From positions 1 through 25,937 of the forward strand of contig JAJZGN010000001.1 of assembly GCA_021798435.1 (NCBI GenBank): DNA of 25,937 bases, given 5' to 3'. Source of the stretch: a bacterium. Lineage in GTDB: Bacteria; Chloroflexota; Dormibacteria; Aeolococcales; Bog-877. Made by a program: the position numbers and the translations under genes. Below, one piece after another: positions 18,687 through 25,937 of this stretch. The notes under the pieces are model-generated. The model was given only the letters and a program-made list of their open reading frames with translations. It was not told where the DNA came from and did no database searches. The first letter of the stretch is position 1, and each line of letters starts with the position of its first letter.

Positions 18687-19328
18687 AGGGGCGCGGCCGA
18701 AAAGCCGGACGTGGAGTGGGATTGGAGATCGTCAGGGTGGGGTGTGCAGGGGGAGGATGGGGCGGGGTCGCATCAGCGGGTGGTCCGGCCCATGCCTTGG
18801 AGGGTGTTAGGCTCACCTGACCCCGGGGGGGTGTACGGCCCGCCCGCAGTATCCGCTCTGATGCAAGCACAACCCCAGTTCGGGCCGAGGACTGGTGATC
18901 CTGCGCCACCCCCACCCGGCACTCCTTCAGGCGGCGGGGGTGGCGTCAGGGGTCCGATTTCGACCGGTTCTGCAAGGACCCGCAGGTGGGCGAGCGCCGG
19001 ATTGCCCGGCTGATGCCACTGGGGTTGCGCCGGCCTTGCTACCGCGGCTGGCACGAGACCCCCTTCCACGTGCTCATGACCGCGGCGGAGGCCAACCTCA
19101 CTCTGCTGGCCGGGCAGACGGACCCCAGTCGCCCTTCACCGCAGCCGCGTGGAGGCGGTCGAGACCGACCCTCCACCTCACCGCCCGGCACCACCGCGTC
19201 GACCCCGACCCCCCTGGGGCAATTCGTCGCTTTCGCGAACCAAGTCCGCCGATTCGCAGCGCGCCTGGTCCGACCTCGGCCGACCACTCGGCTGGCCTTC
19301 GCCACACCGACTTCCCGGCTGCGCTTCT
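18687..19328 (+). mobile_element. Internally deleted, degenerate IS (IS1182/IS5-like DDE), about 640 bp
   Basis: Imperfect terminal IRs 18687-18708 and 19307-19328 match at 16/22, and all six mismatches are transitions. Junctions read CCAG and CTAA (CTAG-like). A transposase C-terminal remnant lies inside. Confidence 0.6.
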
Positions 19329-19330
19329 AA
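18832..19330 (+). pseudogene. Transposase C-terminal fragment (IS1182-like) with a stop and a frameshift
   Basis: CTARPQYPL*C (decayed CxxCPLRxxC), then HPHPALLQAA, a frameshift, then QVGERRIARLMPLGLRRPCYRGWHETPFHVLMTAAEANLTLL. This resembles the E..IARL...G.R..RY.G..K..FQ....A..ANL tail of that family. Confidence 0.6.
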
Positions 19331-19339
19331 GATGCCCCC

Positions 19340-20038
19340 GTGCGGTTCGATAGGGGCGGTGCGCAGCCTGGATTGGGCGCTTCTGGTTTCCTCGGGGTGG
19401 GGTTGCTCGTGTCTGGCTTCGCCGTCAACCCAGGGCCGCCCCCCGGGGAAACGGCATCCCATCTGCTCGCCTACGCTGGCGCGAACCACAGCGCGATCCT
19501 CATTGGTGGCTGGCTCCAGGTCACCGGCACTCTCGTACTCGCGGTCTTCGCCCTGGCGCTGGCGAGCTCCGCCGGATTCCTAGGACGTGTGAGCGGGGCG
19601 GTGCTGGTAGTCGGGCTCTGCACGCTGCTCGCTGTCAGCCTGGGCGAGATGGTCTGCTATGCGGGGCTCGCCAGCAGCCACGGGGCGACGGTCCGGGTGG
19701 CCGCCGACCTGATCCCAGGAGTCCAGCACGGCTACACGATCGTCGCTGCCCCCTTGGTCTTTCTTGCGCTCGGGATGGGGATCCTGCGGTCCGCCAGCCT
19801 GCCCAAGACCCTGGCGATGGCGGCCCTTGGGTTTGGAATCACTTTTTGGGTCCTCGGACTGGTCGGGGTGATCGCTTCCATCCAGCCATTGGTGGACTTC
19901 TTCGCCGGCTTCCAGGCGTTGTGGTGGGTGGTGGCGGCGGCGACTGTGGGACTGAGGGGAGTGGGCCGCGCCTCAGGAGCCGAGGCCGGCGGGCCGCCAG
20001 GGCCGGGAGCGCCGCTGGCACCGGCTACGGCCTCGTAG
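19340..20038 (+). CDS. Multi-pass membrane protein (DUF4386-like)
   Basis: 232 aa with about 6 hydrophobic helices. TAAGAT at 19328-19333 lies 6 nt before the GTG. The family assignment is tentative. Confidence 0.65.
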   Translation: MRFDRGGAQPGLGASGFLGVGLLVSGFAVNPGPPPGETASHLLAYAGANHSAILIGGWLQVTGTLVLAVFALALASSAGFLGRVSGAVLVVGLCTLLAVSLGEMVCYAGLASSHGATVRVAADLIPGVQHGYTIVAAPLVFLALGMGILRSASLPKTLAMAALGFGITFWVLGLVGVIASIQPLVDFFAGFQALWWVVAAATVGLRGVGRASGAEAGGPPGPGAPLAPATAS

Positions 20039-20264
20039 CTCGGGGGAGCCCTGCGCCGCTTGAAGCCTCGGACTCCGCTCCAAGGGCCACCCAGGGCGGG
20101 AGAACTCAGTGATCGCCTCTGGGGAGTTTCAAGAGACTGTCACCAAGGTCGCGTGCGCAGGGTGTCAGAGCCCACGGAGCCGAGTCCGGAACGCCGCTGC
20201 GCGGGCCCCATGGCCCCCGATCCCGCCCGGTGCGGCCGACCGAGGTAAGTGACGCTGTCCCCAG

Positions 20265-20625
20265 CGCCATCAACGTGGCGGTCTCCCACCGCCGCGAGCG
20301 GGTGCGCCGGGTGGGTGAGCTGGTGAGGCGCCTGGGCCAGCCGGGGCCGGGTCCTGACCCCACCTCCGCGGAGGGATCGGTGCTGACCCGGGAGCTGGCG
20401 GCCCTGCCGCCCAAGCAGGCGGCCGTGATCGTCCTGCGCCACCTTCACGGCTACTCCAACCGGGAGATCGCTCCCGCCCCGAGGCTCCCCGAGCAGACGG
20501 TGGCCTCGCGGCTGGCAGCCGCCAAGACGCGGCTCCGGGCCCGGCCGGGAAGTGAGTACGGAGAGGCGATGGTTGATTCGTCGACCGGCGGCGTTTCCTC
20601 TGGTGAAGATGCCCCAGGGAAGTAG
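20265..20625 (+). pseudogene. 5'-truncated, decayed second copy of the ECF sigma 3' half (repeat copy 2: 20265-20586)
   Basis: Lacks most of sigma2 and carries three Leu-to-Pro changes (EIALALRV to EIAPAPRL; RLG to RPG). It reads on to MVDSSTGGVSSGEDAPGK*, overlapping the next gene. Confidence 0.85.
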
Positions 20626-21175
20626 CGGTCTCGACCTCGACCGGCTGCTGGAGCAGGAGCTCCATCAGCAGCAGGTGGACGCCGGGCGGCTGGCGCCGCC
20701 GGCACCCCGGTACCGCTCCCTGGCGCTCCAAGGAGGACGACACATGTCGATGCTGCCCTCGTTTCTGGCCGGTCTCTCGCTCAAGGCGGCGGCGGGGATC
20801 GCCCTGGCAGCCGCCGCGGTCGGGGGGGGCGCCGCCGCCACCGTGGTCACCCACAGCGTCAGCCCTGTGACCTGGGGGCAGGACGTGGTGAGCGCCCTTC
20901 AAGGTTGCAAGGCAGATTACCTGCCGTCGGGGAGCGGGACGAACCCGGGGGCGGAGGGCCAGCACAACGTGGGCCGGTGCATCAGCGCCTTCGCCAGGAC
21001 CCACGGCCAGCAGGAGCGGGCGGCGCATGCCAACCCGTCCGGCACTCCCAAGCCCATGCCCACCCCCAAGGGGCACGGCCGCCCTTCTTCCCTCCCGACC
21101 CCGCCCGGGAAGGGACGGCCCAGCTCCCTCCCCACTCCGCGCGGCCGACCCAGCTCCCTGCCGACATCCGGCTGA
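20603..21175 (+). CDS. Putative membrane-anchored anti-sigma-like or secreted protein
   Basis: Short N-terminal helix (DLDRLLEQEL), an Ala/Gly-rich hydrophobic segment, a Cys pair (GCKA...GRCISAF) and a Pro/Ser-rich tail. Overlaps the stop of sigma copy 2. Start is GTG 20603 or ATG 20609; the anti-sigma role is inferred from position only. Confidence 0.55.
   Translation: MKMPQGSSGLDLDRLLEQELHQQQVDAGRLAPPAPRYRSLALQGGRHMSMLPSFLAGLSLKAAAGIALAAAAVGGGAAATVVTHSVSPVTWGQDVVSALQGCKADYLPSGSGTNPGAEGQHNVGRCISAFARTHGQQERAAHANPSGTPKPMPTPKGHGRPSSLPTPPGKGRPSSLPTPRGRPSSLPTSG
21077..21172 (+). repeat. Three imperfect intragenic tandem repeats encoding GRPSSLPT(P)
   Basis: GRPSSLPTPPGK-GRPSSLPTPR-GRPSSLPTSG at the C-terminus. 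Confidence 0.9.
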
Positions 21176-21189
21176 CCTAAGAGCGGGGC

Positions 21190-21250
21190 CGCCTCCCCTG
21201 GACTCTGGAGGCGCCCGGGGCGCCTGGCGCCAACCCAGCCCAGGCGCCCC
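21190..21250. terminator. Tandem hairpins between convergent genes, possible bidirectional terminator
   Basis: 7 bp stem CGCCTCC/GGAGGCG (21190-21213) and 11 bp stem GGGGCGCCTGG/CCAGGCGCCCC (21217-21250); no U-tracts. Confidence 0.4.
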
Positions 21251-21320
21251 CCGCTGCTCGCGGGGCCGGCCTGCTCCCTTCGAGGTGGTGCTGGACAGCC
21301 GCCGCGGCCGTCCGTAGACA

Positions 21321-21989
21321 TCAGTCGGCGGAGCTGGCGCCGTGCCGAGGTTCGGGCCGGGGTTTCCGAGCCAGGGTCAGGGCGGCGACCAGGATCCAAG
21401 CCAGCTCCAGAGCCAGGAAGATGCGCTCGTAGAGCCCGCCGGCACTCTCGGCTCCGAACCCCGCCCTGAGGAGGGCCAGCAACGGCACCACCGCCAGCAC
21501 CGAGAGGCCCAGGAGCCACCCGCGCGCGCTCTGCAGTGGGAGGAGATGGCCTGCCGCCAGCGAGAGGACGATCGTGCCTAAGAGCGCGCCCAGGAAGGCC
21601 ACCAGGGCCAGCCACAGATGGATGGCGCCGCTGGCCGTGGCCGGCGTCCCCAGGGGATCGTCCGGGAAGACCGCGAGCAGGGCCGAGAAGATCCCCCAGA
21701 CGGCCAGCGCGAGGACTCCCAGTCGGGCGAGGGGCGCTGGCCGGCAGCCTCTGACGATCGCCACCACCAGGCAGACGGTGAGGGCGCCGCGGAGCAGAAA
21801 GTTAAGATCCATGAGCCACGAGAACGGCCCCACACCGTAGTCGCTCTCCGGGCTGTGGACCAGGCTGAGGCCGGGGCGGAGCAGGGCCAGGGCGACGTCC
21901 ACCAGCAGGTACACGAAAACGCCGGCCGCGGCCAGGCCGGCCCAGGTGCGGGCCGGGAAAAGAACCTGGTCCGCCGCCTGGCCACTCAT
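21321..21989 (-). CDS. DUF998-family membrane protein
   Basis: Start reassigned to ATG 21989 (GGAGG 7 nt upstream). SDYGVGP, VFPDDP, HLWLALVAF and GLYERIF with about 5 TM helices. Confidence 0.75.
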   Translation of the reverse strand: MSGQAADQVLFPARTWAGLAAAGVFVYLLVDVALALLRPGLSLVHSPESDYGVGPFSWLMDLNFLLRGALTVCLVVAIVRGCRPAPLARLGVLALAVWGIFSALLAVFPDDPLGTPATASGAIHLWLALVAFLGALLGTIVLSLAAGHLLPLQSARGWLLGLSVLAVVPLLALLRAGFGAESAGGLYERIFLALELAWILVAALTLARKPRPEPRHGASSAD

Positions 21990-22035
21990 CGCCACGCCTC
22001 CCCTCGCTGCCCGCTGGGGCACGAACCCGGGCGCC

Positions 22036-22042
22036 TATAGTA
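22036..22042. promoter_or_regulatory. Overlapping divergent -10 boxes (TATAGT on +, TACTAT on -)
   Basis: TATAGT at 22036-22041 lies 5 nt before the MarR ATG. TACTAT at 22042-22037 faces the DUF998 gene. Confidence 0.5.
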
Positions 22043-22046
22043 CACA

Positions 22047-22499
22047 ATGATGACTACTTTGGAAGAGGGCACGGACGGGGCCGGCGGGGCGGGCGAGGCG
22101 CCCCTGGTGGGCCTCTTGCGGATGGCGCTGCGCCAGTACGGGAGGGAGATCAGGAGGCGGCTGGCGGAGCAAGGCATGTCTGACCTGCCCCGGAGCGGGA
22201 GCTGGGTCCTCGGCCTCCTGGCAGAGGGCGAGCTGGGGCCCAAGGAGCTGGCCCACAGACTGGGAGGCAGCAAGCAGGGCCTGAGCCGTCTGAGCCAGAC
22301 GCTGGTGGACCGCGGGTACGCCGGCCGGGTCCCGGATCCCAGGGACCGGCGCCGCGTGCTACTCCAGCTCACCCCGAGGGGCAGGGAGGCCGCCGCGGTG
22401 GTCGGACTCGCCGTCCAAACTCAGGACCTTCGGCTCCGCCGGCGCCTGGGGGCGTCTTCTGCGGAGCGGCTCCGTCGGGCGCTGGCTGAGACGGAGTAG
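22047..22499 (+). CDS. MarR-family transcriptional regulator
   Basis: Winged HTH: ELAHRLGGSKQGLSRLSQTLVDRGYAGRVPDPRDRRRVLLQLTPRG. Confidence 0.92.
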   Translation: MMTTLEEGTDGAGGAGEAPLVGLLRMALRQYGREIRRRLAEQGMSDLPRSGSWVLGLLAEGELGPKELAHRLGGSKQGLSRLSQTLVDRGYAGRVPDPRDRRRVLLQLTPRGREAAAVVGLAVQTQDLRLRRRLGASSAERLRRALAETE

Positions 22500-22620
22500 G
22501 GCCGCCGGAAGGGGGCAGGTCGGCCCACCCCTTCAGTCCAGGCGCCCGGGCCCCAGAGGCCGGGTGGAGACCTCGCAGTGGCCGCAGCCGTGGCCACCGG
22601 TTACGCCTTATCCTCAGGGG

Positions 22621-23715
22621 ATGGTTCAGGACCTCGCCCGGGCCGGGGACGCCGATAGGCCTCCGCTGCTGGAGAGGGGGCGGTGCGAGGGGCCCCCGTG
22701 GGCACATCCATTGCGCGGAGAGCTGGTGGAGATGGTCCTGACCAGCCGAGCGCTGGAGGGCAACCACCTGGAGGATCCGTCTCGTCGGCCCCTCTGGGTG
22801 TACCTCCCACCCGCCTACCGCGAGGACCCCGGCCGGCGGTTCCCCGTGGTCTACCTGCTGCAGGGGATGACCGGGCAGATCGACATGTGGCGCAATCGCT
22901 CCGCCTTTCGCCGCACCCCGCTGGAGCTGTACGACGGGCTGCTCAGCGACCCCGCCACGCCACCCTGCCTGCTGGTGTTCGTGGACTGCTGGACGTCACT
23001 GGGAGGGAGCCAGTTCCTGGACTCGGCGGGCACCGGCAGGTACCACACCTACCTCTGCGACGAGGTGGTTCCCCTGGTGGACCGGGAGTTCCGGACCCTG
23101 GCCGCCTCCGAGCACCGGGCGGTGGCGGGCAAGTCGAGCGGCGGCTACGGGGCGATGGTCACCCCGCTTCTGCGCCCCGATCTCTTCAGCGCCTTCGCCA
23201 GCCACGCCGGGGACGCCCTCTTCGAGTACTGCTACCTCCCGGAGTTCCCCCAGGTGGTGCGCGCCCTCCGCGACAGCCACCAGGGTTCCTTCGAGGCGTT
23301 CTGGGGCGACTTCCGCTCCCGGGAGGGGACCAGCCGGGCTGAGGACGGGGCGCTGATCAACTCCTACTGCATGGCGGCCTGCTACTCGGCCGCCGCCGAC
23401 GGGACTCCCGAGCTGCCCTTCGACCTGGCCACTGGGGCGATGCGCCCTGAGGTGTGGGCCCGGTGGCTGGAGAAGGACCCGGTCCGGATGGTGGCCGCCG
23501 ACCCCGGGAGGGCCGCGAACCTCAAGGCCGCCTACCTGGATGGGGGGCGGCATGACGAGTACAGCCTCGAGGTCGGGGCCACGGCGGTCGCGGCGGAGCT
23601 GCGGCGCGCTGGCGTGGGGGAGGTGCAGATCGAGCTCTTTGACGGGGGCCACGGCGGGATCGAGTACCGCTACCCCGAGGGGATCCGCTTCCTCGCTGAG
23701 CGGCTGGCACCCTAG
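22621..23715 (+). CDS. Alpha/beta-hydrolase, putative esterase (enterochelin esterase-like)
   Basis: RPLWVYLPPAY, PVVYLLQG, nucleophile GKSSGGYGA and C-terminal FDGGHG. Start placed at ATG 22621, with TATCCT 6 nt upstream. Confidence 0.85.
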   Translation: MVQDLARAGDADRPPLLERGRCEGPPWAHPLRGELVEMVLTSRALEGNHLEDPSRRPLWVYLPPAYREDPGRRFPVVYLLQGMTGQIDMWRNRSAFRRTPLELYDGLLSDPATPPCLLVFVDCWTSLGGSQFLDSAGTGRYHTYLCDEVVPLVDREFRTLAASEHRAVAGKSSGGYGAMVTPLLRPDLFSAFASHAGDALFEYCYLPEFPQVVRALRDSHQGSFEAFWGDFRSREGTSRAEDGALINSYCMAACYSAAADGTPELPFDLATGAMRPEVWARWLEKDPVRMVAADPGRAANLKAAYLDGGRHDEYSLEVGATAVAAELRRAGVGEVQIELFDGGHGGIEYRYPEGIRFLAERLAP

Positions 23716-23936
23716 GGAACCGGCGGGGTCCCAAAGACCCACTTGCACCGCGACCTGGTCCTTCGACCCCGTGATCGGGCCGCAACCACCCAGCGCCTGC
23801 TCCGCGACGCCGAAAGGGCTCTGGGCCGGCTGGCCGGCGAGGGGCGCCGCCTGGCCTCCGGATGCCCGACCCGGCTCCCACGCCCACTCTCCGTGACGCC
23901 GGGGCCGTCCCCGGTCTGGGAACAGTTCGAGTGAGG

Positions 23937-23956
23937 CGGCGAGCATCGGCTCGCCG
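23937..23956. terminator. Hairpin between the convergent esterase and merR genes
   Basis: Perfect 8 bp stem CGGCGAGC/GCTCGCCG with a 4 nt loop; no U-tract. Confidence 0.3.
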
Positions 23957-24088
23957 GAGGTGTCGCGGCGGATCGGTGGAGAGAATCGAGTCGTGGATCA
24001 GGTCGCGCCGCGGGCGCGCCATCACCACGAACGGTAAGGTCCCGGGAATCGGGTGTCTCCCCGGGCCCTGCCTTAGGATCCTCGGGGG

Positions 24089-24922
24089 TCAATCGCCGAG
24101 CGGGAAGCTGACATCGCAGATCGGATCCTCCCCGCCGACCGACCCCGGTTCTGCCAGGTAGACCTCGCGACAGGAGAGCGACGACCCGGGGTGCTGGGCG
24201 ACTTCCGGAGAGCAGGCGACGGCGTCGTAGGCGGCGAGGATGGCGGGATAGGCCCATTCGCGCCTGGTGATCGTGGTGTACGCCTCGATGTGGGCGGCTT
24301 CGGTGCGGATCCCGATCAGGTCGGTGGGCCCGATCTCCGGCGGCCCCCCCTGGGCGGCCTCAAGGGGGCCATCGTCATGGTCGTTCACCGGCCCGTGGAA
24401 GATCAGGGTGAACGGACCCGTGGGCTCCAGGCCACCGAGGTGAGCGCGGAACGCGGCCCTGGCCTCGGCCGCGAAGGCGTCCGTCTGATCGCCATGCCGG
24501 CGGCGCTGGATCGACATGAGGCGACGGGCTGGGACCGCGCGGGTCTTGATCTCAAACATCGAATCTGCCTCCTTCCTCAGGATCGATTGGACGTGGCGGA
24601 TGAGGAGCCGTCGCCCTTGGTGGTCGCGCTCGATCCCGTCGAGCACGACTTCGAGCCGCGCGGAGGCGCCCTCGGCGCCGGCCGCCAGCTCTGAGAGAAC
24701 CGACCGGATTTCGGAAAGGCTGAGGTCGGCGCCGCGAAGCAGTCCCACGAGCCGCCCGGTGGGAACCTGCTCTTGCGAATAGCGACGGTAGCCGCTCCAA
24801 CGATCGACGGTCGCGGGCCGCATCAGCCCAGTTCGGTCGTAGATCCGCAGCGCCTTCGGCGTCAGCCGGGTGCGGGCCGCGATCTGGCCGATCGAGAGCA
24901 GTTCCGCTTCACGAGCCGCCAC
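24089..24922 (-). CDS. MerR-family regulator with a GyrI-like (BmrR-type) effector-binding domain
   Basis: LSIGQIAARTRLTPKALRIYDRTGLMRPATVDRWSGYRRYS. The C-terminal domain has HIEAYTTI and CREVYL. Confidence 0.9.
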   Translation of the reverse strand: MAAREAELLSIGQIAARTRLTPKALRIYDRTGLMRPATVDRWSGYRRYSQEQVPTGRLVGLLRGADLSLSEIRSVLSELAAGAEGASARLEVVLDGIERDHQGRRLLIRHVQSILRKEADSMFEIKTRAVPARRLMSIQRRRHGDQTDAFAAEARAAFRAHLGGLEPTGPFTLIFHGPVNDHDDGPLEAAQGGPPEIGPTDLIGIRTEAAHIEAYTTITRREWAYPAILAAYDAVACSPEVAQHPGSSLSCREVYLAEPGSVGGEDPICDVSFPLGD

Positions 24923-24928
24923 CCCTCG

Positions 24929-24959
24929 ATGATCGGCCTTGCCCCGGGGCCAAGGTCAA
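24929..24959 (-). promoter_or_regulatory. MerR-type promoter: -35 TTGACC, 19 bp spacer, -10 GATCAT, with a dyad operator
   Basis: TTGACC at 24959-24954 and GATCAT at 24934-24929, then 6 nt to the GTG. The dyad CCTTGCCCCGGGGCCAAGG (24937-24955) has one mismatch. Confidence 0.75.
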
Positions 24960-25000
24960 GAAGGTCGTCACGCCGGCCGTCAGTTGGCCCGCCGAGCGGC

Positions 25001-25864
25001 TCACCGGCTGTAGTCGTGGAACCCTCGCCCACTCTTGCGCCCCAGCCGCCCCGCCTCCACCATGCGCTCCAGGATCGGAAGTGGGGCGTACCGGGAGTCG
25101 TGGAGCCCCTCGTGCATCACCCGGCAGATGCCCAGGACCACATCCAGACCGATGAAATCGGCCAGCTCCAGCGGGCCCATGGGGTGGCGGAACCCCAGCC
25201 GGGCCACCTGATCGATGTCCTCGGCGCTGCCCACCCCCTCCTGCAGGGCGCGCATGGCCTCGTTCAGGAAGGGGATCAGGATCCGGTTCCCTATGAAGCC
25301 GGGGGCGTCGGCGGACCGCACCGGCCGCTTGCCCAACTCCCGTCCCAGCTCCTCGATGATGGAGAAGGTGTCCGCCGAGGTGAGGAGGCCGGGCACCAGC
25401 TCCACCAGCTCCATGACCGGCACCGGGCTGTAGAAGTGCATCCCGATGAACCTCTCCGGGCGCCCGCTGGCGGCCGCCAGGCGGGTGATGGGGATGGAGC
25501 TCGTGTTGCTGGCGAAGAGCACCTCCGGGCCGCAGCTCCGCCCCATCTCCGTCCAGAACTGGAGCTTGAGGTCCAGCTGCTCGGTGATCGCCTCGACCAC
25601 CACCTGCGTGCCCGCCTCCGGGATCGAGGTCTCAGCCGGGTGCAGGCGAAGGAGGCACGAAGCCGCCATCCCCGGCGCCGCCTTGCCCAGCTCCTCCGCC
25701 CGCTCCAGGCGCTCGCGGATCTGCCCGATCGCCCGCTCCGCCGCCTCGGGGACGGCATCGTAGAGCTGGACCTGAAAGCCCTTCTGGGCGGCGGTCTGGG
25801 CGATGCCCGACCCCATCAGGCCCGCGCCCGCCACGAACAGCGAGGTGATCCGCGACTCGGTCAT
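25001..25864 (-). CDS. hbd: 3-hydroxybutyryl-CoA (3-hydroxyacyl-CoA) dehydrogenase
   Basis: Rossmann motif GAGLMGSGIAQ, VVEAITE, FASNTSSIPIT, FIGMHFYSPVPVM, PGFIGNRIL, HPMGPLELADFIGLD and LGRKSGRGF. GGGAGG RBS. Confidence 0.9.
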   Translation of the reverse strand: MTESRITSLFVAGAGLMGSGIAQTAAQKGFQVQLYDAVPEAAERAIGQIRERLERAEELGKAAPGMAASCLLRLHPAETSIPEAGTQVVVEAITEQLDLKLQFWTEMGRSCGPEVLFASNTSSIPITRLAAASGRPERFIGMHFYSPVPVMELVELVPGLLTSADTFSIIEELGRELGKRPVRSADAPGFIGNRILIPFLNEAMRALQEGVGSAEDIDQVARLGFRHPMGPLELADFIGLDVVLGICRVMHEGLHDSRYAPLPILERMVEAGRLGRKSGRGFHDYSR

Positions 25865-25937
25865 TGCGCACCTCCCTCGGCGGACGGCCCCCCCGGCGCC
25901 GCGGGGCCGAGCCCGCCTGCTCCACCCCCGCGGCGGC

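Noticed and set aside
19062-19077. Second parS-like site (TTCCACGTG)
   Set aside because: Only half of the palindrome matches, and it lies inside the transposase remnant.
20109-20252. 47-codon ORF with a CxxC (MIASGEFQETVTKVACAGC...)
   Set aside because: No recognisable family, weak RBS, and located in rearranged DNA; cannot be supported without homology or expression data.
18362-20586. Repeat pair as a diversity-generating retroelement (TR/VR)
   Set aside because: Mismatches involve all four bases rather than adenines of one copy, there is an indel, and no reverse transcriptase or Avd gene is present.
22608-22616. DnaA-box-like TTATCCTCA
   Set aside because: It is a single 8/9 match, better explained as the TATCCT -10 box of the esterase promoter.

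Overview
High-GC bacterial chromosomal window, probably near the replication origin (jag, parAB and a perfect parS site). The Gram-positive-type parS and SOS box and the split gcvPA/gcvPB suggest a Terrabacteria lineage, but the taxon cannot be fixed from sequence alone. About 29 intact or partial CDSs are present: jag(partial)-lipoprotein-M16 peptidase-ndk (+); lepB, parB, parA, S51-type hydrolase, SPFH protein and NfeD (-); FemABX-family transferase and an SH3-like protein (+); zwf (-); a long + strand run of a sigma70-like protein lacking region 4, gcvT-H-PA-PB, pyrE, a lipoprotein, pcm and an ECF sigma; a rearranged accessory block (IS remnant, membrane protein, decayed copy of the sigma 3' half, anti-sigma-like gene); then DUF998/MarR, an esterase, MerR and 3-hydroxyacyl-CoA dehydrogenase. 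Highlights: the sigma4-less sigma70 homolog coupled to gcvT, the ECF sigma split from its partner gene by an IS-bounded duplication, a MerR gene with a TipAS-like internal start, pervasive leaderless promoters, two genes that appear to start on CTG, parS overlapping the parA promoter, and an orphan LexA box. I saw no rRNA, tRNA, CRISPR array, integrase or reverse transcriptase. All family assignments come from motif recognition by eye, not database searches.
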